DNA of 42,988 bases from IMG/VR virus record IMGVR_UViG_3300045988_130630; one strand, 5' to 3'. Position numbers and translations under genes: made by a program. Below are positions 8,594 through 15,725 of the stretch, piece after piece. How positions within the stretch are numbered: the stretch's first letter is position 1; each line of letters starts with the position of its first letter. The notes beneath the pieces were generated by a model. It saw only the letters and a program-made list of their open reading frames with translations, ran no database searches and was not told the DNA's origin. The DNA is from a virus.

Positions 8594-9010
8594 TTATGCA
8601 AGAAATGCGTTTACAATTTCATCGAACACCGTGGGGTTAATGTCCACGTTAAAAAAGCGGTCGTTCTTGCGGAACGCTTTGGGGTAGCGTCTAATCAGTT
8701 CCGCACGCAACGCGCTTTCCGCACCCTCGGCGGGATAGTCCCCGCAAGAACGGATTCGATGAATTTCAACGCGCGTGATAGCATACTTTTTTGCATACTC
8801 GCCGATTTCATCACGCAAACGCCCTACAACATCTTTTGCGGAAGTGCCTACTTTGTTAAATTCAAGTTCGTCGTTGTGGTAAAACTTGAAAAAGTAAACC
8901 GCTTGTTCATTTTTCAGATTCTCGCCACAATCAGGCATGAATTCCATAGAAACGGGCGGTCTACCGTCCTTAAATCGGCGTAGCTTAATAGTAATTTCTT
9001 CCATTGGCAC
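8594..9010 (-). CDS. T5orf172 / GIY-YIG-like domain protein (about 137 aa)
   Basis: Contains AVYFFKFYHNDELEFNKVGTSAKDVVGRLRDE, matching the [YF]-h-x-K-h-G-x-T...RL..L core of the T5orf172 family. AGAGAGGA ribosome-binding site. Start is either the ATG at 9004 or the GTG at 9010. Confidence 0.45.
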   Translation of the reverse strand: MPMEEITIKLRRFKDGRPPVSMEFMPDCGENLKNEQAVYFFKFYHNDELEFNKVGTSAKDVVGRLRDEIGEYAKKYAITRVEIHRIRSCGDYPAEGAESALRAELIRRYPKAFRKNDRFFNVDINPTVFDEIVNAFLA

Positions 9011-9025
9011 AAAATCCTCTCTGTT

Positions 9026-9054
9026 GATTGAGGTTTACCATCGTTCTCTCAACC
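9026..9054 (-). promoter_or_regulatory. Conserved 29-bp 5'-leader element GGTTGAGAGAACGATGGTAAACCTCAATC (hairpin GGUUGAG/CUCAAUC), copy 1; copy 2 at 12272-12300
   Basis: The identical 29-mer lies between the promoter and the ribosome-binding site of two different genes (8594-9010 and 11470-12246). Confidence 0.5.
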
Positions 9055-9084
9055 ATTATTTTTTGCACTTTTTGACTTGTTTTG

Positions 9085-9120
9085 GGGTGAAAAACCGCAT
9101 TTTTCAGCGGTTTTTCACCC
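9085..9120. terminator. Terminator with a perfect 14-bp stem (GGGTGAAAAACCGC / GCGGTTTTTCACCC)
   Basis: Read directly. Confidence 0.6.
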
Positions 9121-9127
9121 TTTTTCG

Positions 9128-9535
9128 TCAGTTTTTGGGCTTTCGCTTCTGAATCAGGGTCAATTCGTAGTCATTTTCGCCCACATGGAACGCAATCATG
9201 CGCTCCACATTCGTAATTTCCACGTTTTCGCACGCATTTTCGCTGTTTTCACGCAAAAAAGTAGCGAGTTCCGCGATAATCGAGCGTTTTGTGGGGTTTT
9301 CCTTGCGCTGTCGCTTTTCAAACTTATAAGCGGTCGGCGCTTTGCGTGTTCCGGTCTTAGAATACTTGTTAGCTTCTTTGAGCTTTTCTGCGGACAGGTC
9401 AAAGTCCTTGGCAATTCCATGGTCAATGTCATCATCGTCCATGAGAATTTCTTTTGCTTCCTCGGCAGTACAATCCAACTTTTTCATCAGATTGTCAATC
9501 TTTGCCTGAAAGTCCTTTTCACTCATTTTAGGCAT
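9128..9535 (-). CDS. hypothetical protein (135 aa)
   Basis: Supplied ORF track; AAGGGGG ribosome-binding site; promoter at 9560-9589 (TTGACA, 18-bp spacer, TATAAT). Confidence 0.55.
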   Translation of the reverse strand: MPKMSEKDFQAKIDNLMKKLDCTAEEAKEILMDDDDIDHGIAKDFDLSAEKLKEANKYSKTGTRKAPTAYKFEKRQRKENPTKRSIIAELATFLRENSENACENVEITNVERMIAFHVGENDYELTLIQKRKPKN

Positions 9536-9599
9536 TTTCTTTGCCCCCTTTCAAGTATGATTATAACACCGCCGTTAGCAAATGTCAAGAGAAATTTTT

Positions 9600-9630
9600 G
9601 GGAGCGCCTGATTTTTTTCAGGCGCTCCCC
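9600..9630. terminator. Terminator hairpin GGGAGCGCCTGA / TCAGGCGCTCCC
   Basis: Read directly. Confidence 0.6.
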
Positions 9631-9635
9631 CTGAA

Positions 9636-10013
9636 TCAGTGGGCGAGACGGAAGTAGGACTTGCGCTTGTCCACAATCTTCTCGACGCCGTTCGCTTCAA
9701 TCATCTGACGCAGAAGAGCGGAAACGCGCTGATTGGTGAGGTCGCCCAGACCGTCCACGTTCTTGATGAGTTCGGTCACGGTATACAGCTTGTCAGGATT
9801 CGCGGACAGCTCGGCAAAGATAATGTCCTTGTAGCCGTCGTTGGCAATCTGATTCGCGGTCGGCTTCTTGTCACCGGCGTTCTTGCGGGACAGCAGGTCG
9901 ATTTCGTGGTTGATAAACTCAACCATAGCAGGGTCAGCCTGAACCTCGGACAGTTTGAGCAGAGCCTCGAAACGGTCGCGCTTGGTGAGCTTCTTAACAG
10001 TAGAAGTAGACAT
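9636..10013 (-). CDS. hypothetical protein (125 aa), paralog of 12389-12769
   Basis: About 70% identical to the product of 12389-12769. Both share the identical ribosome-binding-site context AAAGGAATTGATACTATGG and the same promoter type. Confidence 0.6.
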   Translation of the reverse strand: MSTSTVKKLTKRDRFEALLKLSEVQADPAMVEFINHEIDLLSRKNAGDKKPTANQIANDGYKDIIFAELSANPDKLYTVTELIKNVDGLGDLTNQRVSALLRQMIEANGVEKIVDKRKSYFRLAH

Positions 10014-10019
10014 AGTATC

Positions 10020-10700
10020 AATTCCTTTCTTTGGCGGTAGGTCGCTACCCTTTTGATATTATTGAGTATACCACACTTTGGAGTGCTTGTCAAGAGGTTT
10101 CGCAAACTTTTCACACGAATTACTACCCCGACCTGACGGATAATTTATTGTTTGTTGATTCAATCTATTTGTCAGCGGAAAACCGCGTCAAGGATAGTTG
10201 GTTCAATCAAACTCACTTTCGCGTTCAACGTTTGGCTTTACAACGTGGTGTATTCTGTTTACTTCCTATACTTTCTCAAGGTCGCGCGCCCTCGGATTTC
10301 TTGGGCTACTCCCTCTCGACATTTTCTATTGTAGCACACTCGCTGGGATTTGTCAAGAGGTTTTCAAGAAAAAACTCATGAATTTTTTCTTTTATCCCGT
10401 GCGTTCCGCTCCGAAGAGACCTTAACGTAATAGGCGAACGGTCTATTGCTACTTCCAACCGTAGCCCCACACCGACCTGTGGCTCAGGGGTTCCCCTCTT
10501 GACATTATTTATTGTAGCACTTTTCGCACTACTTGTCAAGAGGGAATTTCAAATTTCTTTGAAAACGGGTCAGTTACCGAGTTATCACACCCATCAGCGA
10601 AGCCGTTCGGCAATTCACTGTTCCCTCTTGACATTATCCATTATAGCAGATTGCCCATAGATTACAATTGACAAAATAACCAAATTACGGGAAAAAATTT
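10020..10700 (-). promoter_or_regulatory. Tandem array of four sigma70-type promoters (-35 hexamers at about 10085, 10360, 10525 and 10660 in plus-strand coordinates) with no convincing downstream ORF; three place ATGTC(A/G)AGAGGG 2-5 nt after the -10
   Basis: Reverse-complement reads CCTCTTGACA, 17 bp, TACAAT, then aaATAATGTCAAGAGGG. Repeated three times; the first copy drives gene 9636-10013. Confidence 0.45.
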
Positions 10701-10725
10701 TCTTCATTTTTGTGCAACTTTTCTC

Positions 10726-10754
10726 TTGACAAAATTGGCGGGGCGTGGTATAAT
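10726..10754 (+). promoter_or_regulatory. Plus-strand sigma70-type promoter (TTGACA, 17-bp spacer, TGGTATAAT) of module B, firing into the GC palindrome at 10764-10788
   Basis: Read directly. Confidence 0.5.
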
Positions 10755-10792
10755 GGTGAATTCGGCCCGCTTTGGGCGTTGGCGGGCCGGCC

Positions 10793-10821
10793 ATTTTATC
10801 ACAAAAATCCGCGTTTGTCAA
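10793..10821 (-). promoter_or_regulatory. Minus-strand promoter (TTGACA, 17-bp spacer, TAAAAT) of module B, convergent with the plus-strand promoter
   Basis: Reverse-complement reads TTGACAaacgcggatttttgtgaTAAAAT. Confidence 0.45.
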
Positions 10822-10835
10822 TAGACAAAATAGAC

Positions 10836-10870
10836 AAAAAAAACTACCCATTTTTGGGTAGTTTTTTTAT
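10836..10870. terminator. Bidirectional terminator (CTACCCA/TGGGTAG hairpin with A8 and T7 flanks)
   Basis: Read directly. Confidence 0.6.
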
Positions 10871-11116
10871 TCAATCCAAAAGGTTAATCTCGCCGGGAAT
10901 TTTGAAAGAATCAGCGTCCAGCGTGGAATTGTAGTCCTCGGTAAAGAGTTCAATCATTCCACATTCCATGATGTAATTCTGCACCGCCCGCTGAACATTT
11001 CTCCAAAGGTCAGTCTTTCGGCTTTCCTCACGGGCTTTTCTGGCTTCCTGTATCTGGATAATGAGTTCGTCCAGTTCCTCGTCGGTCATGTAATTAAAAT
11101 TCAAATCCATTTTCAA
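10871..11116 (-). CDS. hypothetical protein (81 aa)
   Basis: Supplied ORF track; ATGA overlap with the upstream gene. Confidence 0.5.
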   Translation of the reverse strand: MKMDLNFNYMTDEELDELIIQIQEARKAREESRKTDLWRNVQRAVQNYIMECGMIELFTEDYNSTLDADSFKIPGEINLLD

Positions 11117-11391
11117 AACTCCCTTTTAATTGCTTTTTCCCACACTTCACGACCGAATTTTCTCTCGCGGTCTAACTTCTTGCCAATGTCTTTTGCGGTC
11201 AGCAGGTCAAGCTCGTCCGCAATCTCGGCTTCAAAGTTTACCCAAAAGTCGTAGGTCTTGATGATGAAAACTTCATCGGCTTCAAAGACGCCGCCGCACT
11301 CGGCGCAGATAATATAGTCATGGTCGATTAAAATGCCCATGTGAGGGTCATTGTCATCAGGGACTACAAAAAGAACTTGTTTAGCGTTCAT
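11113..11391 (-). CDS. hypothetical protein (about 92 aa; start MNAKQVLF, with CxxC)
   Basis: AAAGAGG ribosome-binding site before the ATG at 11391; consensus promoter at 11421-11449. Confidence 0.5.
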   Translation of the reverse strand: MNAKQVLFVVPDDNDPHMGILIDHDYIICAECGGVFEADEVFIIKTYDFWVNFEAEIADELDLLTAKDIGKKLDRERKFGREVWEKAIKREF

Positions 11392-11420
11392 GTGAAACAC
11401 CTCTTTCATTTGATATATTG

Positions 11421-11449
11421 ATTATACCATAGGGAATAGGACTTGTCAA
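11421..11449 (-). promoter_or_regulatory. Consensus sigma70-type promoter with extended -10 (TTGACA, 17-bp spacer, TGGTATAAT)
   Basis: Reverse-complement reads cTTGACAagtcctattccctaTGgTATAAT. Confidence 0.6.
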
Positions 11450-11469
11450 GCCCTATTCCCTATTTTTTT

Positions 11470-12246
11470 TTAGCTCATGTTTACAACGGGATTTTCCTTA
11501 ATGTTTCGCATGAGCGCGCGCTGAAACTCGGTCGGCTTGGGGCGTTCCACCGTGGGAGCTTTGAAAAGGGATTTTTCCATGGGTTTGTGCTGTCGGACGC
11601 AATAGCGCAGAATCTCAACTTCAATGAGAACATCTTCAAGTCCCGTATGCGATTCATCAAAACTGTCCTCGCCGCTGATAAAGCGGTAGAGAATTTCTGC
11701 GGTAAAGCGGAGCTGTCCGTTCTTGGTCTTGTAGCCGTTCTTTTCGCAATAGTCGCGGTAAGTGGGCATCTGACCGATAACCTGTCGCGCCATTTTCAAG
11801 GTGTCCCAGATTTCAAGGTCATAGGGGAAGAAATAACGATACTTGCTTTTCGTGTCCCATCTTTGCGCATTGTTGCAGGCGTTCAAGTCGAACCGCATAT
11901 TATGAGCGCAGACAAAAGAGCAGTTATAACGCTCGACACATTCGCAGAACGCCTGACGAATTTCGTAAAGGTCAGCCATAATGCGCGAACCATTCTTAAT
12001 GTCCTCAATGTAGCGAGGAATCTTGTCGGCGTAGTATGCGGACTGCATGAGGTCGCGCTCGTAGCAGAAAATGTCGCGATTCACAAAGGAATAAGTTTCA
12101 TAAACATTTCCCTTGGAATCAATGACCGCCCAGCCGAAGTCGTAGGGAAGTACATTTGACATATCCAGCTTATCGCCGTCCTGAATGGTGTTTGCGGTTT
12201 CCGTGTCCAGCATAATGCCGTAGTTTTTGCGCCTATCAATACCCAT
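11470..12246 (-). CDS. DEDDh-family (DnaQ-like) 3'-5' exonuclease (258 aa)
   Basis: Exo I motif MLDTETAN, Exo II CAHNMRFDLN and Exo III HTGLEDV. AGGAGACG ribosome-binding site. Promoter TTGACA, 17-bp spacer, TGcTATACT at about 12305-12335. Confidence 0.6.
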   Translation of the reverse strand: MGIDRRKNYGIMLDTETANTIQDGDKLDMSNVLPYDFGWAVIDSKGNVYETYSFVNRDIFCYERDLMQSAYYADKIPRYIEDIKNGSRIMADLYEIRQAFCECVERYNCSFVCAHNMRFDLNACNNAQRWDTKSKYRYFFPYDLEIWDTLKMARQVIGQMPTYRDYCEKNGYKTKNGQLRFTAEILYRFISGEDSFDESHTGLEDVLIEVEILRYCVRQHKPMEKSLFKAPTVERPKPTEFQRALMRNIKENPVVNMS

Positions 12247-12350
12247 CTTATCGTCTCCTATTGGAAAAGTAGATTGAGGTTTACCATCGTTCTCTCAACC
12301 TCTGATAATAGTATAGCACTTTGCTATTGGTTTGTCAACAGTTTTTTTGT

Positions 12351-12380
12351 AGGGCAGGGGATTTTTTTTATCCCCTGCCC
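12351..12380. terminator. Terminator (GGGCAGGGGA / TCCCCTGCCC hairpin around a T8 run)
   Basis: Read directly. Confidence 0.6.
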
Positions 12381-12388
12381 TTTTCCCT

Positions 12389-12769
12389 TTACGCGAGGGA
12401 GAAGTAGGACTTGCGCTTGTCAACCGTCTTGACAACGGTGTTGGCTTCAATCATCTGACGCAGAAGAGCGGAAACGCGCTGATTGGTATACTCCGCGAGT
12501 TCGGGAACGGTCTTGATGAGGTCGGTCACGGTATACAGCTTGTCAGGGTTCGCGGTCATCTCGTCCAGAATGACCTGCTTCACAGCGTCATTCTCCATCT
12601 GCTTGGCCGTGGGCTTCTTGTCGCCCGCGTTCTTCTTGGCGAGCAGTTCAATCTCATGCTCGATGAACGCCACCATATCAGGATTTGCCTGAACCTCATT
12701 CATTTTGAGCAGAGCCTCGAAACGGTCGCGCTTGGTGAGCTTCTTAGTAGTAGAAGTAGAAGTAGCCAT
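12389..12769 (-). CDS. hypothetical protein (126 aa), paralog of 9636-10013
   Basis: See the paralog at 9636-10013. Promoter at about 12825-12855 (TTGACA, 17-bp spacer, TATAAT). Confidence 0.6.
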   Translation of the reverse strand: MATSTSTTKKLTKRDRFEALLKMNEVQANPDMVAFIEHEIELLAKKNAGDKKPTAKQMENDAVKQVILDEMTANPDKLYTVTDLIKTVPELAEYTNQRVSALLRQMIEANTVVKTVDKRKSYFSLA

Positions 12770-13274
12770 AGTATCAATTCCTTTCTGGTTTTTAAGACTG
12801 TCCTTGTCTTTGATGTAGTTATTATATCATAGGCGGAGCAGGTTGTCAATAGTTTTTACAAATTTTTTTTTAGGGGCGGTCGCGAGGTTTATTACTATAC
12901 ATCTTGTTTATGCCTACCTTTATCTATACTCTTAAACCAATTCAATTTACTAAGCCATTAGTTTTTAAGGCGGTGGGCGAGCATTAGAAGTCATCTTGTT
13001 TTTACCTCTCTCATTTGATGTATTCATTATACCATAGGTCGAGCGGTTTGTCAAGGGGTTTTTCAAACTTTTTTTGAAAGTTTGTTCGGCACGCCACGCT
13101 TGGAACATTCCTTGTGTCGGCTTCTGGTATGATGGTCAAAGGAACTGCCTTTCCGTAGGTCTTACTCTTTCCTCCTGACATTATGTAGTATAGCAGATTG
13201 GAACTGATTTGTCTATTAACGAAATAACCAAATTACGGGAAAAAATAAAATTGAAATTTGTGCGAAATTTCTCT

Positions 13275-13302
13275 TGACAAAAATGCTGGCAGGGTGTATA
13301 AT
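13275..13302 (+). promoter_or_regulatory. Plus-strand promoter (TTGACA, 16-bp spacer, TATAAT) of module C, firing into the palindrome CCGGCCG..CGGCCGG (13311-13337)
   Basis: Read directly. Confidence 0.5.
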
Positions 13303-13340
13303 GGTAAATTCCGGCCGTAGCGCGCGGAAACGGCCGGCCA

Positions 13341-13369
13341 ATTATATCACATTTAAGGAACTTTGTCAA
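13341..13369 (-). promoter_or_regulatory. Minus-strand promoter (TTGACA, 17-bp spacer, TATAAT) of module C
   Basis: Reverse-complement reads ctaTTGACAaagttccttaaatgtgaTATAAT. Confidence 0.5.
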
Positions 13370-13382
13370 TAGTCAAAGTAAA

Positions 13383-13420
13383 CAAAAAAAATCTCCCCGT
13401 TTTGGGGAGATTTTCTTTTA
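13383..13420. terminator. Bidirectional terminator (ATCTCCCCG/CGGGGAGAT hairpin with A8 and T-rich flanks)
   Basis: Read directly. Confidence 0.6.
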
Positions 13421-13675
13421 GCCAATTACATTGACTTCGGTTTTGACAGGCGTCACCATCTTGTCGCGCGAGAACTCGCGAACCTGACCCGTTTCAAGAT
13501 TCACCGCGTAGCAATACTGCGAACCTCTCGACCGGACAAACGGCGTGTTGTTGTTGCTGTCAATTTTGAGATACATTCCCATACCGCTACCGTTGGAGCG
13601 CAGAGTGGTGAACGTGCCACCGCTGAGAATGTTAATAATTTGGAGCTGACCCTTAGTGCCAAAATTTACTTTCAT
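13418..13675 (-). CDS. hypothetical protein (85 aa)
   Basis: Supplied ORF track; GGAGAAA ribosome-binding site. Confidence 0.5.
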   Translation of the reverse strand: MKVNFGTKGQLQIINILSGGTFTTLRSNGSGMGMYLKIDSNNNTPFVRSRGSQYCYAVNLETGQVREFSRDKMVTPVKTEVNVIG

Positions 13676-13849
13676 TTTTATTTCTCCTCTCTTAAAGCAG
13701 ATGGGTATTAACCCATTCTGCGGTCACAAGTCCGATTTCCTTAGAGACAACCGTTTCATAGCGGTAATTACCGCCATCAGTTCGTCCGGTCACTTTGGCG
13801 AGAACGCCAAGTGTCAACCAAAAATAAGGCATCATTTTTTTACCCCCTA

Positions 13850-14050
13850 TTACTTACTGCTCGGAAAGATAGCGCCCAGAAGTGCGAGGATAATCCAAAC
13901 CACGAGCGCCAGCTTCCACGAGAACACGATAACAAAAGTGCCGATTGCGGTGATACCGAGGGCGGGAAGAAGCCAGCAGAGAAGCCAGACAAGGCCCGAA
14001 GTAGCAAGGAACGAAAACGCGAGAGACAGCAGAATCAAAAGAACAAACAT
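13850..14050 (-). CDS. small membrane protein with two transmembrane helices (about 66 aa)
   Basis: Start taken at the third Met (MFVLLILLS), which has an AAAGGGGAAAA ribosome-binding site. Promoter at about 14075-14110. Confidence 0.5.
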   Translation of the reverse strand: MFVLLILLSLAFSFLATSGLVWLLCWLLPALGITAIGTFVIVFSWKLALVVWIILALLGAIFPSSK

Positions 14051-14104
14051 TTTATTTTCCCCTTTCATTTGATACATTTATTATACCATTGGAGTAGGGC
14101 TTTG

Positions 14105-14605
14105 TCAAGCCCTTTTCTCCAAAAGTTCCGAAAGTTTTTCGATAATGTTTACTGCGGTCGGGTCAATGGTTTCACCCAAGTGCCAACCATTCCGAACCTT
14201 TTCATTATCGTCAACCAAGATGGACACGTCATAGCGGTCGCGCACGCTGTCGGCCTTAGTCGCGCCATACTGGACGCCGTGAAAGTGGTCATAGTGGAAG
14301 CCCTGTTCTTCAAGCCACGCGCGCTTTGCTTCACGCACGAGGTTTTTGTATTCCTCGCTCGAATCTTTGGAAAGCCAAGTGATGATGTTGATTTCCCAGC
14401 CCTCGGCGCGGAGAAGTTCGCAAACCTCATTCAGTTCAGCCATATTGCACATGGGAACAGCAGTTCGATAGGGCTTAGGATTTTCCGAACGGAGAAGTGC
14501 AAGCCAATCCTTGACGCCGTAGAGGTCAGCAATAGTGCCGTCCATGTCAAAGTTGATGGAACGTCGAGTGGCCACAACGTGGGACTTGATGTAAGTGATT
14601 TTCAT
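14105..14605 (-). CDS. HAD-superfamily 5'(3')-deoxyribonucleotidase-like phosphatase (166 aa)
   Basis: N-terminal FDMDGTIAD (the DxDGT nucleophile motif) and later DD motifs, as in NT5C-type deoxynucleotidases. Confidence 0.55.
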   Translation of the reverse strand: MKITYIKSHVVATRRSINFDMDGTIADLYGVKDWLALLRSENPKPYRTAVPMCNMAELNEVCELLRAEGWEINIITWLSKDSSEEYKNLVREAKRAWLEEQGFHYDHFHGVQYGATKADSVRDRYDVSILVDDNEKVRNGWHLGETIDPTAVNIIEKLSELLEKRA

Positions 14606-14673
14606 AGGTATTACCCCTTTCCTTTACTGTATCTGTATTATACCATACATCTGCGCGGTTGTCAAGAGAAATT

Positions 14674-14964
14674 TTAGCAATTTCCCGCTTTATTTATCCA
14701 TTCTTTCCATTTATCTTTGGCAAACTTTTTATATTCTTCTTGCCAAATACCACCTGCAATGGCTTCTTTTACTGCGTCATCAATAGAAAGATATTGGTTG
14801 GGAAAAACAAAGTCATCACAAAAGAACCGAGTTCGACCAAAGAATTTGCGGTTAGGGCGGATAACTTCATCAACAGAGATATAGATTAGCCCATATGATT
14901 CATCGTTGTATACCTTAGCCTCAAAGGTTCTTCCCTCATATTCATAAGTTTTCGGCTTACTCAT
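14674..14964 (-). CDS. hypothetical protein (96 aa)
   Basis: Supplied ORF track; promoter at about 14990-15025. Confidence 0.5.
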   Translation of the reverse strand: MSKPKTYEYEGRTFEAKVYNDESYGLIYISVDEVIRPNRKFFGRTRFFCDDFVFPNQYLSIDDAVKEAIAGGIWQEEYKKFAKDKWKEWINKAGNC

Positions 14965-15051
14965 AGCGTTTGTCCTCCTTTACTATGCTTGTATTATACC
15001 ACTATTGGATTTGCTTGTCAAGTGTTTTTTTCAAAATTTTCGCGGTCTTTC

Positions 15052-15237
15052 TCAATACACGAAAGATAAGAAATTAAGCAAAATCAGCACAGGAATAGCG
15101 TAGACGATATTGAAAGAGTCCCACCCGAGACTTTCACAGGAATAGGCAAAAATAAAGCCAAAAACGAGGCCGAAAATGCCGATTAAAATAATCATTCTAA
15201 ATCCTCCATATGACCGTAGTGTTCGTTGATATGCCAT
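15052..15237 (-). CDS. small membrane protein (61 aa)
   Basis: Supplied ORF track; hydrophobic sequence. Confidence 0.45.
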   Translation of the reverse strand: MAYQRTLRSYGGFRMIILIGIFGLVFGFIFAYSCESLGWDSFNIVYAIPVLILLNFLSFVY

Positions 15238-15455
15238 TCAAGATAGGTATTAGTCGCAATCTGAATTTCTCTATCTAACCAGTCGTAAAAGTCCTCGGGG
15301 TCGCGGGCCATGCGTTCGTCAATAATATCAGCAAGAGAAACGCGATGGGCGATAAACTCTGAAATATCAAGAGAATCCATAGAAGAAAGAAGTTCTTCCA
15401 CACACTCTTCGCGAGTGGAGAACTTTTCAGTAGAAAAATCGTGAGTGTAATACAT
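15192..15455 (-). CDS. hypothetical acidic protein (about 88 aa, start MYYTHDF)
   Basis: The track ORF 15192-15641 was truncated to the Met that has a ribosome-binding site (AAAGGGGATACAAACAATG). Its upstream part runs across repeat module D. Confidence 0.45.
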   Translation of the reverse strand: MYYTHDFSTEKFSTREECVEELLSSMDSLDISEFIAHRVSLADIIDERMARDPEDFYDWLDREIQIATNTYLEWHINEHYGHMEDLE

Positions 15456-15574
15456 TGTTTGTATCCCCTTTCCTTTACGGTAATTATAGTATAGCAGATT
15501 ATTACATTCTTGTCTATTGGTAAAATAACCAAATTCGGGAAAATAATTAGTTAGACTTTTGGTTAAATTTCCTA

Positions 15575-15603
15575 TTGACAAATTGCTGGGATGGTGGTAT
15601 AAT
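15575..15603 (+). promoter_or_regulatory. Plus-strand promoter (TTGACA, 17-bp spacer, TGGTATAAT) of module D, firing into the palindrome at 15611-15637
   Basis: Read directly. Confidence 0.5.
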
Positions 15604-15639
15604 TGGAATTCCGGCCGTGGCATGCGCAAACGGCCGGCC

Positions 15640-15669
15640 ATTTTATCACACTATTGGGTTTTTGTCAAT
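15640..15669 (-). promoter_or_regulatory. Minus-strand promoter (TTGACA / TAAAAT) of module D
   Basis: Read directly. Confidence 0.45.
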
Positions 15670-15686
15670 AGGCAAAATAAATAAAA

Positions 15687-15720
15687 TTTTGAGACGAGAT
15701 TTGGTTATCTCGTCTCAAAA
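15687..15720. terminator. Bidirectional terminator (GAGACGAGAT/ATCTCGTCTC)
   Basis: Read directly. Confidence 0.6.
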
Positions 15721-15725
15721 TATTT

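Noticed and set aside
10497-10660. Plus-strand reading of cTTGACATTAT..TATAGCAG as a promoter.
   Set aside because: The spacing from TTGACA to any -10-like hexamer on the plus strand is only 8 bp. On the minus strand the same bases give a correctly spaced -35, 17-bp spacer, extended -10 promoter.
13181-13369. Track ORFs on the minus strand that run across the repeated intergenic modules: 13181-13369, 10615-10851, 22754-22978, and the N-terminal parts of 15192-15641 and 19254-19661. They share ..HYT.P.Q.FCQEK.. translations.
   Set aside because: Their similarity only reflects translation of the repeated promoter, palindrome and terminator module. They lack ribosome-binding sites, overlap promoters and terminators, and start inside hairpins. 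They are treated as spurious, and genes were truncated to the first Met that has a ribosome-binding site.
13811-14677. Long plus-strand ORFs antisense to minus-strand genes: 13811-14677 (288 aa), 11443-12159, 17433-18116, 9077-9634 and 8531-8983.
   Set aside because: They are antisense to better-supported genes that have promoters and ribosome-binding sites. They have no ribosome-binding site and are low-complexity. Their length is explained by GC-rich sequence having few stops.
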